A stretch of 38,628 bases of DNA from positions 1 to 38,628 of IMG/VR virus record IMGVR_UViG_2711768037_000009. The stretch is one strand, 5' to 3'. This DNA comes from a virus (taxonomy: Duplodnaviria; Heunggongvirae; Uroviricota; Caudoviricetes). Below the pieces are notes generated by a model. That model was not told the origin of the DNA, did no database searches, and saw only the letters and a program-made list of their open reading frames with translations. This document shows, piece after piece, positions 1 through 6,782 of the stretch; position 1 is the first letter of the stretch, and the number at the start of each line of letters is the position of its first letter. A program made the translations under genes and the position numbers.

Positions 1-259
1 TGAAGGTTCTGACAAACTGCTACGCCTGACGCTGGATCTCGGCGGCGAAAAGCGTAATGTCTTCTCCGGCATTCGTTCTGCCTACCCGGATCCGCAGGCA
101 CTGATTGGTCGTCACACCATTATGGTGGCTAACCTGGCACCACGTAAAATGCGCTTCGGTATCTCTGAAGGCATGGTGATGGCTGCTGGCCCTGGCGGGA
201 AAGATATCTTCCTGTTAAGCCCGGATGTCGGTGCTAAACCTGGCCACCAGGTTAAGTAA
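1..259 (+). CDS. metG: 3' end of methionyl-tRNA synthetase (C-terminal tRNA-binding domain); partial, start lies outside window
   Basis: Open frame from window edge to TAA at 257-259; translation ...[85 protein letters not shown] matches my recollection of the enterobacterial MetG C-terminus. Confidence 0.85.
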   Translation, partial: EGSDKLLRLTLDLGGEKRNVFSGIRSAYPDPQALIGRHTIMVANLAPRKMRFGISEGMVMAAGPGGKDIFLLSPDVGAKPGHQVK

Positions 260-279
260 TTAAGCAACCATTCTTCACA

Positions 280-306
280 ATGCCCGGCAATACGCTGGGC
301 ATTTTC
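280..306 (+). terminator. Intrinsic terminator of the metG-like gene
   Basis: Hairpin ATGCCCGG-caatacg-CTGGGCAT followed by TTTT, ~20 nt after the stop codon. Confidence 0.6.
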
Positions 307-341
307 ATATAGACACAACCCCTTCTGATTTACATATGCCT

Positions 342-356
342 AAAACAATTTGTTTT
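342..356. promoter_or_regulatory. Palindromic motif AAAACAATTTGTTTT (AAACA-N3-TGTTT family), copy 1
   Basis: Perfect 15-bp palindrome ~60 nt upstream of the 419 start; same motif recurs upstream of six other genes. Confidence 0.4.
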
Positions 357-418
357 CTGCATTTTGTTAATTGAGATAATAAGCCATATAAGAAAAAAAT
401 TGTTTCGGAGTGGTTGAA

Positions 419-718
419 ATGTTGAACATTACCCAAGCCTACCAGGTGGCATTGATCAGTTCATCTCATACATCAGAGGAAGATGCTCGCCGATTCATGA
501 TCGCAAGCAATGAGCTGGATTGGGTTTCGCAAATTGACGGCGGTTGTATTGTCCACGCAGGGTTACAGGATGATGTCTGGAAAGACAACTTGCGTCGATA
601 TGGTATATCCGAAGACGCAATTGCTAACATTCAGAAAGTACTTGATGCAGGTTTTGACTCCGTACATTTTGATTGTGGTGCGCTGGTCGTTGAAGGGCTT
701 GAGAGTTGGCAATGGTGA
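419..718 (+). CDS. Hypothetical small protein (99 aa)
   Basis: ORF track 410..718; first ATG at 419 preceded by GGAG at ~407-410; no recognisable domain. Confidence 0.55.
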   Translation: MLNITQAYQVALISSSHTSEEDARRFMIASNELDWVSQIDGGCIVHAGLQDDVWKDNLRRYGISEDAIANIQKVLDAGFDSVHFDCGALVVEGLESWQW

Positions 719-860
719 TCCGGCAATGGTGTCATACAAGATAACTGAGAATTTATTCTCAAAGAAGATAGGAAATGTGCTTGTAATGCAGTATCTGCTA
801 TGTGTTTAGGTTATGTTTGCTAAATGTTGATAATATATACACGCAATTTTATGTGATGGG

Positions 861-1430
861 ATGGATGTGATGGAAACCAATAACCGACATACAAAACCTT
901 TGAATAACATTTATGCGTGGATTTTAGCTTTTATTCCAATTTGCTTCGGCATTCCGAACGAAGAGTATGCAAATTATGCTGCATTAATTGGAAGTTTAGC
1001 TGCCATCGGATTATTAGTGGCTGACAGAATGGCGATTTCGGAATCCGGCTATGAGCCACCTGCTATTTTATGGGGAATAGTTCTCATGCCAGTCTACCTA
1101 TGGAAGCGCGCGACTATAACGAAGAGCAGCAGACTACCATTTATTATAGTCGTTGCCTTGATGGCTGGTCTTGTCTTCATTGTCATACCGAAACAGGAAG
1201 ATAGTGTCATTGAGGACGCAGCCTGCCCTGTTGTGACAACTATTCTGAAAGAACATAATGGTTCTACTGCGGCAAAATGCATCAAGGTTAAAATTGACGA
1301 CAAGGTAACTGATAAGTTCTACAGAGCAACTGCTACACTGGATAATGGTAATGATATAAACATAACACTGGAGCTTGCCGGTAGAGAGAAATTGTATGTC
1401 CGTGTGCCAGGTGTTTATTTGAACGATTAA
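861..1430 (+). CDS. Predicted multi-pass inner-membrane protein (189 aa), function unknown
   Basis: ATG start; three to four hydrophobic helices (AWILAFIPICFGI, AALIGSLAAIGLLVA, ILWGIVLMPVYLW, LPFIIVVALMAGLVFIVI) followed by ~90-aa soluble C-terminal domain. Confidence 0.6.
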   Translation: MDVMETNNRHTKPLNNIYAWILAFIPICFGIPNEEYANYAALIGSLAAIGLLVADRMAISESGYEPPAILWGIVLMPVYLWKRATITKSSRLPFIIVVALMAGLVFIVIPKQEDSVIEDAACPVVTTILKEHNGSTAAKCIKVKIDDKVTDKFYRATATLDNGNDINITLELAGREKLYVRVPGVYLND

Positions 1431-1564
1431 CGGATAAAAACATTGATAATGGCGGTCACAATTTGATTCTTTTCTATAAGAATCCGTTGATCGCCACTAC
1501 TCCCCTTCCATACCTGCAATCACATCCTTAAATATCAATAGGTTAACGTTGTTTATACAAATAA

Positions 1565-1582
1565 GAAAACAACTAAATAACA
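1565..1582. repeat. Direct repeat AAAACAACTAAATAACA, copy 1 (copy 2 at ~1795-1811)
   Basis: Identical 17-bp word found twice ~230 bp apart in the ORF-poor region. Confidence 0.5.
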
Positions 1583-1794
1583 GTTCAACGAAACGTCAAC
1601 GCTTTCTCCCGATTTGGTCTAAAAATTGACGTTTTCACACATCACTTCTTATACCCGTAATCTACGCAGCAGACAGCGCCACAGCGTCCAATTTTCACCA
1701 CAGACGCCCCAACACACTACCAACAAAAACACACGCTCAAAATCTCTCCCGTTGCGTTACACAACCATATAAACAACTTATTTTCAGGCATAAC

Positions 1795-1811
1795 AAAACA
1801 ACTAAATAACA
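1795..1811. repeat. Direct repeat AAAACAACTAAATAACA, copy 2
   Basis: Identical to the word at ~1565-1582. Confidence 0.5.
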
Positions 1812-1830
1812 CATATGCCATTCCCCAAAA

Positions 1831-1925
1831 CAACCAACCTCTTTATGGCAGGCTACCGAAAAGACCCACCTCTTCTCCCAGGCTACCGGACAACCAACCT
1901 AACTTTCACAGGCAATCCGAAAACA
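1831..1925. repeat. Iteron-like tandem repeats, cluster 1 (3 copies, ~30-bp period, core CCTCTT-N5-CAGGCTACCG)
   Basis: CAGGCTACCG at ~1849 and ~1879, degenerate CAGGCAATCCG at ~1909; CCTCTT/CCTAAC at ~1838, 1869, 1898. Confidence 0.5.
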
Positions 1926-2425
1926 TTCATACGCGCGATACCCACGACACGCCATTCCCCAAACAGCGAAGCAACACCTGAACCACTGAAACCCCAACGA
2001 AGTCTGTAACCGCAAGGATTCTCTCAATCCCAAAAGACACGAAACATAACAATCACGGGAAACGCCATTACCCAATACACGAACAACTACAAAAGCCTTT
2101 CACACGCACTCCAGACAAACAACTCAAACACAATAACGAAAGGAATCGCCCACCTGCCATTACTCCACACACGGAGAAGAACAATCACCAAAACGATGAG
2201 AACACCCCATAGAAGAACCACCGCAAAACGAACGAAACCACATACACCGACAGAGAGAACAACACACCCAATTCACCAACAGAATTAGTCGCCGTATAGA
2301 ACGTTCTGGAAGGAGTGAGCATTAACGCCTATAGAGAGGTTGAGACAGATAAAACATAACATGTATAGCGAAGAAGCCAGGTATGTATAACTAAGAAATA
2401 CACAACATGTATAAGCTGGGAGGGA

Positions 2426-2449
2426 AGGAGGGGTGTCGCCTCCTTTTTC
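2426..2449 (+). terminator. Intrinsic terminator ending a rightward transcript of the A+C-rich region
   Basis: AGGAGG-ggtgtcg-CCTCCT hairpin followed by TTTTT. Confidence 0.5.
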
Positions 2450-2496
2450 GTATTTATTCAACATCTTACCATCATCCCCCGTATCCCCTACGGTCA

Positions 2497-2700
2497 TCCT
2501 TCGGTCCATACAGGGAAAAGGCTGCATCCCGCTACAAAAACGGCTGGGTTGCCTTCGGGAAACGGTCGAGTTGCCTGTGTGGATTTCGGGAAAAGGCTCG
2601 ATGCCGGTTCAGGAACGGCGGCGTACCGGTATAGCGAGAGGGAGAGTTGCGGCTGGCCACCTGCAATGTTCGGGAAGAAGAGAGGCGCTCACGTGAAGGC
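2497..2700. other. GC-rich block with repeated TTCGGGAAA(A)GGCT-type motifs; candidate structured RNA or protein-binding array
   Basis: Motif variants at ~2510, 2553, 2583, 2669 and 2793; only overlapping six-frame ORFs without RBS. Confidence 0.3.
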
Positions 2701-2955
2701 GAACCTACTTACCGCTGGATTCCCTCTGAATGCCCAGTTACAGCGTAATTGTGCCAGACAGCCAACGGGTCACAATCGATTTCAGTAGGTTTTCGGGGAG
2801 ATGATTATTCTGCCCACCAGCCATCTTCGGCCACTAAATCAGAATAATGTAAAAGTGTACTCTGTACTGAACCTGAAAACTCACTGCCAAAACCACATTC
2901 ACCGGAATAAAATCCTTTTTCGCCTGTGCGTTATTGCGATAATAACACCATTAAG

Positions 2956-2968
2956 AAAACATCTTGTT
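2956..2968. promoter_or_regulatory. AAACA-TCT-TGTTT palindrome just upstream of the RBS of the 2982 gene
   Basis: Member of the AAACA-N3-TGTTT family; coordinates +/-2. Confidence 0.35.
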
Positions 2969-2981
2969 TAAGGATTGCTTT

Positions 2982-3311
2982 ATGTTTGCAAATATCGACA
3001 TCAACCAAATTAAGAAATTGACTCAAAAAGAGTTTGACCAGTTTTATGAGCTGGAAGGTTGGTCTTCCACTCTGATTAATTCAAGATGGGTGCTGGAGCT
3101 GATGACTCGTGATGATGCACCTGCTTTGATGATTAGCGACCTGGGTGATGATGCTGACTTTATGGATATGAGCGAATTTTGTGTGGACACATACAACCGC
3201 AGCCAGAAGTACTACTTCACATGCGATAGCGAAAATGACGTGATTTCTAAGGTCTATCTTCACCTCGTCCAGCATTGGGACGTTCAGGAGTTTCTTGAGG
3301 TATTCGCGTAA
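2982..3311 (+). CDS. Small acidic protein (110 aa), function unknown
   Basis: ORF track 2964..3311; ATG at residue 7 preceded by AAGGA; about 21 Asp+Glu against 8 Lys+Arg. Confidence 0.6.
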   Translation: MFANIDINQIKKLTQKEFDQFYELEGWSSTLINSRWVLELMTRDDAPALMISDLGDDADFMDMSEFCVDTYNRSQKYYFTCDSENDVISKVYLHLVQHWDVQEFLEVFA

Positions 3312-3441
3312 CCCCAACCAAAGCCAGCATTGCTGGCTTAATTTCATCTGTAGCCGCAGGGAAGAACCTGCATATCGCTCATGCGCCTGATCAATATGCT
3401 TTGTAGCCGTTTTCTTACTGGTATTATTTACGCAATTGAGA

Positions 3442-3454
3442 AAACAAGTTATTT
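3442..3454. promoter_or_regulatory. AAACA-AGT-TATTT motif (one mismatch) upstream of the 3466 gene
   Basis: AAACA-N3-TGTTT family member overlapping the 5' leader. Confidence 0.3.
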
Positions 3455-3465
3455 ACGAGGTTGTG

Positions 3466-3777
3466 ATGGATAAGTCACTGATACTGGGGCTGGACAAAGA
3501 CCAGAAGAGAAAAGAGAAGCCTGCACTGGTTGCTCAATTAACTTTGCTGGACATCGTTGCCAATGGAACCTCTATTCGTCTGTTCCGTGAAACAGCGGTG
3601 TCTTTCGATAAAAACACTTTTACTCGTTATGTAATGAATGTTCGTCGCCAGCGTGGAAAAGGCTGGATGGCATTTCAAAGAATGTGGCCGGAACATCAGC
3701 TGGAACTGGCTTTGATGGAAGTAAACCGCGTGGCCCAGCAAGAAATTCAGAGAGCATCAGTGATGGCAATAGCCTGA
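3466..3777 (+). CDS. Hypothetical protein (103 aa)
   Basis: ORF track 3436..3777; ATG at 3466 preceded by GAGG. Confidence 0.6.
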   Translation: MDKSLILGLDKDQKRKEKPALVAQLTLLDIVANGTSIRLFRETAVSFDKNTFTRYVMNVRRQRGKGWMAFQRMWPEHQLELALMEVNRVAQQEIQRASVMAIA

Positions 3778-3811
3778 TAATGTGCAAGTGGTAATTAGTC
3801 GACAGTACGAC

Positions 3812-3839
3812 AGCCCCGCCATCCTTACGGGGCTTTTTT
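3812..3839 (+). terminator. Intrinsic terminator
   Basis: AGCCCCG-ccatcctta-CGGGGCT hairpin followed by TTTTTT. Confidence 0.7.
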
Positions 3840-3903
3840 GTATTGTAGGTGCATACCTATGACTATAAAATAGAAAAATAACTAAGACACTACGGAGAGT
3901 GAA

Positions 3904-4299
3904 ATGACCGTTAAACGCGAAAAACTGACAGTTGATGTTTACTATGCCTCTGAAACCGCCGAAGGTAAGAATGTGGCAAAAATCACCGTTGTTACGTACA
4001 ACACCGAAACTGGTGCCGAAGTACAGGCCAGTACGATCGTGCGTAAAGGTGATGCCTCCGGCGGAGAGTACGCGACTCAATACCAGTCCATTCTCGATGC
4101 AACTGACCCGCTGCTGCTGAAAATCGAGAACTACTTCCGCCAGGTTGATGAAGAGGTGTTTGAAACCATGATGAGTATGGTTAATTCCGTATTCACCTCC
4201 AGTCTGAACACCAGCACCACCTGGATTGGTCAGTACGGCCTGCGCATTACCTCTGGCATTCCTGCCGACACCTTAATCCCTGAAAGCGTATTCGCTTAA
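3904..4299 (+). CDS. Hypothetical protein (131 aa)
   Basis: ATG start preceded by GGAGAG; bracketed by terminators. Confidence 0.65.
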   Translation: MTVKREKLTVDVYYASETAEGKNVAKITVVTYNTETGAEVQASTIVRKGDASGGEYATQYQSILDATDPLLLKIENYFRQVDEEVFETMMSMVNSVFTSSLNTSTTWIGQYGLRITSGIPADTLIPESVFA

Positions 4300-4308
4300 T
4301 CCTCTTTG

Positions 4309-4336
4309 AATGGCGCGTAAACCGCGCCATTTTATT
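4309..4336 (+). terminator. Intrinsic terminator
   Basis: ATGGCGCG-taaac-CGCGCCAT hairpin followed by TTTATT. Confidence 0.75.
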
Positions 4337-4344
4337 ATGCCCGA

Positions 4345-4357
4345 TAACAATTTGTTT
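4345..4357. promoter_or_regulatory. TAACAATTTGTTTT motif, near-identical to the copy at 342-356
   Basis: AACA-ATT-TGTTT followed by the same TCTGC as at 357-361. Confidence 0.4.
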
Positions 4358-4523
4358 TCTGCCTTATCTGATTTGTGAAAATGATTTCACTGAAGCAACT
4401 TAATAAGGAAACCATCATGGACTTGATATCTATATCGAGACGCAGCCTAAAAACGATCTGAATAACGAGGCATCCAGAAAGCAGGTTGCTTACTTCCGTA
4501 AGTTCAATGCGCTCGTTGGGTGG

Positions 4524-4790
4524 ATGGAGCGCAACGTAGGTGAAGTCGAAAATTGTGAGCTTTTAGAATTAACGATGAATGACATTTGTCTTCTGAAAGC
4601 TCATTTGATGCACATAAACGAAAGCAATTGCGAAGAGTACTTGCCTACTCGGGAAGGTTTTTTCTTCGGCAGTCAGGAGTACGACGAAGGTTACTGGCAT
4701 GACGTGGATAAGCTGAAAAAACTTGTGGAAGACCTGATCAGGAACCACGACTTTCACAATAACAGACTGACCTTCTGCGCCTGGTGGTAA
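4524..4790 (+). CDS. Hypothetical protein (88 aa); true start uncertain
   Basis: ATG at 4524 with poor SD spacing; same frame is open upstream to ~4407 without an ATG; a strong RBS (AAGGA) at ~4405 serves a 14-codon ORF in another frame. Confidence 0.5.
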   Translation: MERNVGEVENCELLELTMNDICLLKAHLMHINESNCEEYLPTREGFFFGSQEYDEGYWHDVDKLKKLVEDLIRNHDFHNNRLTFCAWW

Positions 4791-4793
4791 ATA

Positions 4794-4937
4794 TGGGCGA
4801 TTTCAAGAAACGCCTGAAGGAAAGAGCCGAGATGGTCAGAAAGCAAAACGCATCTTCTGTCATCAGATACGCAAGGCTGTTTAGTCGCAACAACAAATCA
4901 GTTGAGGAAAAGATCCTTAGCGTAATCGGACGATAAT
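4794..4937 (+). CDS. Possible small basic protein (47 aa)
   Basis: ATG 4 nt after the previous stop, GGTGG upstream; below the ORF-track size cut-off. Confidence 0.3.
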
Positions 4938-4942
4938 TATTA

Positions 4943-4972
4943 AGGCCATCAGCATTGGTGGTCTTAAATGAC
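4943..4972. repeat. Degenerate copy of hairpin element AGGCCAYCAG...TGGTGGYCTTAAATGAC
   Basis: ~30-bp similarity to the perfect hairpin at ~5483-5514. Confidence 0.35.
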
Positions 4973-5110
4973 TTTTAATAACCGAAGGTTAGTTTGAAAC
5001 CTGGCTATCAACTTCCAGAACCTTTCTTGTGTATTCAGCCTGTATTAACTTCTTTTATGCCTTATCTACACTGCGATAATTACACCAACAAGAAAACAAG
5101 AGGAAAGCAG

Positions 5111-5308
5111 ATGAAAACTATTACTCAAGTCCAGCAAATCTGGGCGCAGCTGGCAAATGAGCCTGTGGATAACAATCAGCAGCTTGAGCGCGCATTTCAC
5201 CATTTTGAAGCCGGTGACAGCATCATTGACGTGTGGGTGTGGATCGACGGGCTGTGTCCAGATATCACCGTTGCCCAGTTGCAGCAGGTGGGGAGGCACG
5301 ATGACTGA
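5111..5308 (+). CDS. Hypothetical protein (66 aa)
   Basis: ORF track 4994..5308; ATG at 5111 preceded by AGGAAAG. Confidence 0.5.
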   Translation: MKTITQVQQIWAQLANEPVDNNQQLERAFHHFEAGDSIIDVWVWIDGLCPDITVAQLQQVGRHDD

Positions 5309-5350
5309 TTTCACCATTACCCCAAAAGCACAAAATGTATTCCTTGAATC

Positions 5351-5515
5351 ATGGCTGAATTTGCCGCATTAAGTGAGAGTATTACGATGGCAAAATTGAC
5401 CAGAGCGCAGGAGCATGACCTGCGACGCGCAATTTATGATCTTGAAAGAGTTCGTTGCAGCACATCGAAAGCAATGAGATATAGGCCACCAGTTAACGCT
5501 GGTGGCCTTAAATGA
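5351..5515 (+). CDS. Possible small protein (42-54 aa; ATG at 5351 or 5387)
   Basis: Open frame ending in TGA inside the downstream hairpin element; weak RBS. Confidence 0.25.
   Translation: MAEFAALSESITMAKLTRAQEHDLRRAIYDLERVRCSTSKAMRYRPPVNAGGLK
5483..5508 (+). other. Perfect 10-bp-stem hairpin AGGCCACCAG-ttaacg-CTGGTGGCCT; terminator-like but no U-tract
   Basis: Seen directly; related words at ~4943 and ~6200. Confidence 0.45.
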
Positions 5516-5527
5516 CCATCCTGTTCC

Positions 5528-5604
5528 CCGCAGGCTAAAAACACCAACCTCTTACCTCCAGGCAACCGACAAACCTACCTGTTCCCGTCCGGCTACCGCA
5601 ACTT
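5528..5604. repeat. Iteron-like tandem repeats, cluster 2 (3 copies, same family and orientation as cluster 1)
   Basis: GCAGGCTAAAA, CCAACCTCTTACCTCCAGGCAACCG, CCTACCTGTTCCCGTCCGGCTACCG. Confidence 0.5.
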
Positions 5605-5651
5605 ACCACTTTGACGCCTTATTCGTACAACGATAATTAACACCAGCAAGA

Positions 5652-5664
5652 AAACAATTTGTTA
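5652..5664. promoter_or_regulatory. AAACA-ATT-TGTTA motif upstream of the 5685 gene
   Basis: AAACA-N3-TGTTT family, one mismatch. Confidence 0.35.
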
Positions 5665-5684
5665 TTTACGATAAGGAATTAATC

Positions 5685-6167
5685 ATGAATTTTATCGCTA
5701 CTGTAAACGCACCCGCACATGGCAATATCGCAGTAACGTTCTCTGACATTGAAAAACGAGTACTTGGTGCATGGCGCGACAATGAGACGGTAGAACTGTC
5801 AGCACAAGAAAAATGCATTATTGCACGTGACATCATTGGTAATCGTCGTTACTCGCGGGTATTTGAGAAAGCGTATGTGGTAAATTCTGGATTCGGAACG
5901 TTCGTCTTTCCGGTGCGCTCCGGGCGATTCTGCCAGTCCAAGCTGATTGAGTTCGCTACGCAGATTTCTGTCTGGATTAAAACTCAATCGTCGTTCAAAT
6001 TTTCCGACGATGAAGCAGTATCGCAGGGGATGCAGATCGCCAACAATGCGATTAAATGCAAAAACATTACGTATGCCGCTGGCGTTGACACATGGAAACT
6101 GTTTTGCGCTAACTTTATGCTGAATGTATACGCAAGCAACCGCATCCACATCCTTGATGGCGTGTAA
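5685..6167 (+). CDS. Hypothetical protein (160 aa)
   Basis: ATG preceded by AAGGA at 8-nt spacing; followed by a terminator. Confidence 0.65.
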   Translation: MNFIATVNAPAHGNIAVTFSDIEKRVLGAWRDNETVELSAQEKCIIARDIIGNRRYSRVFEKAYVVNSGFGTFVFPVRSGRFCQSKLIEFATQISVWIKTQSSFKFSDDEAVSQGMQIANNAIKCKNITYAAGVDTWKLFCANFMLNVYASNRIHILDGV

Positions 6168-6175
6168 CTGAGAAG

Positions 6176-6199
6176 AGGGCCAGAAACGGCCCTTTCTCT
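6176..6199 (+). terminator. Intrinsic terminator
   Basis: AGGGCC-agaaac-GGCCCT hairpin followed by TTCTCT. Confidence 0.55.
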
Positions 6200-6251
6200 A
6201 TAGCCACCAGTTGCCGCAGGGAAATTTTCAGAAACGGCAAGGAACGCATTC

Positions 6252-6560
6252 ATGAGCCGACGGGAAACGGCCAGGATTTTTTCGGGAAACGGCGGCATTC
6301 GCCTTGATGTAGAAAAACATCGGGAAGCTGGTGGAATCCAACCAGCGGCTGTCGGACAGGTGAGCGGGGAAAATTATGATGACTTTCGTCGCCCGAGACA
6401 TCCAGATTTCTTTCGTAGCGTAATCACATACGTGATTAATTGGTGTGATTATGTGAGAAATCACGCGCACATAATACGCGAGCGGATACAGAACAAAACA
6501 AAATGCCGATCCGCGCCGACAATTAAACGCGGATCACATAGCAAGACAAAAAGCCAATGA
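6252..6560 (+). CDS. Doubtful ORF (102 aa, Arg-rich) in a region dense with inverted repeats
   Basis: ATG with AAGGA upstream, but atypical composition and overlapping palindromes. Confidence 0.25.
   Translation: MSRRETARIFSGNGGIRLDVEKHREAGGIQPAAVGQVSGENYDDFRRPRHPDFFRSVITYVINWCDYVRNHAHIIRERIQNKTKCRSAPTIKRGSHSKTKSQ
6420..6540. promoter_or_regulatory. Cluster of inverted repeats (ATCAC/GTGAT words, ATTATGTG-N12-CACATAAT, GATCCGCG-N12-CGCGGATC); candidate operator or origin
   Basis: Several dyad symmetries within ~120 bp in the convergent intergenic region. Confidence 0.3.
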
Positions 6561-6758
6561 TTAACTATGCGCTATAGCGCAATATAACGCGTTTTAAGCG
6601 CATTAATGTGTTAAGTAATGGGTATGTACTGGCAAGGATATAAAAGCGCGTCTATGGCGTTATTTTGGTGCTTGTTTTTATGTTGTTGGAGTGAGTCAAA
6701 GACAATAAAAAACGCGCTAATGATGGCGCGTTATGGTGGGAGTATTGGAAACGAAAAA

Positions 6759-6777
6759 AGCGCCCACTATGGGCGCT
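6759..6777. terminator. Bidirectional intrinsic terminator
   Basis: AGCGCCC-actat-GGGCGCT hairpin flanked by A-run upstream and T-run downstream. Confidence 0.65.
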
Positions 6778-6782
6778 CGATT

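Noticed and set aside
1815-2009. 64-aa ORF (MPFPKTTNLFMAGYRKDPP...) inside the A+C-rich region
   Set aside because: No ribosome-binding site, Pro/Thr-rich low-complexity translation and internal repeats that simply mirror the DNA iterons; treated as non-coding
2590-2625. tRNA-like T-arm (GCCGG-TTCAGGA-ACGGC)
   Set aside because: Stem does not pair properly and no acceptor or anticodon arms can be built around it; no tRNA called anywhere in the window
2285-2788. Four mutually overlapping six-frame ORFs (2285..2527 minus, 2407..2634, 2433..2696, 2549..2788) in the GC-rich block
   Set aside because: They overlap each other in different frames, lack RBSs and have Arg/Gly-rich composition typical of GC-rich non-coding DNA
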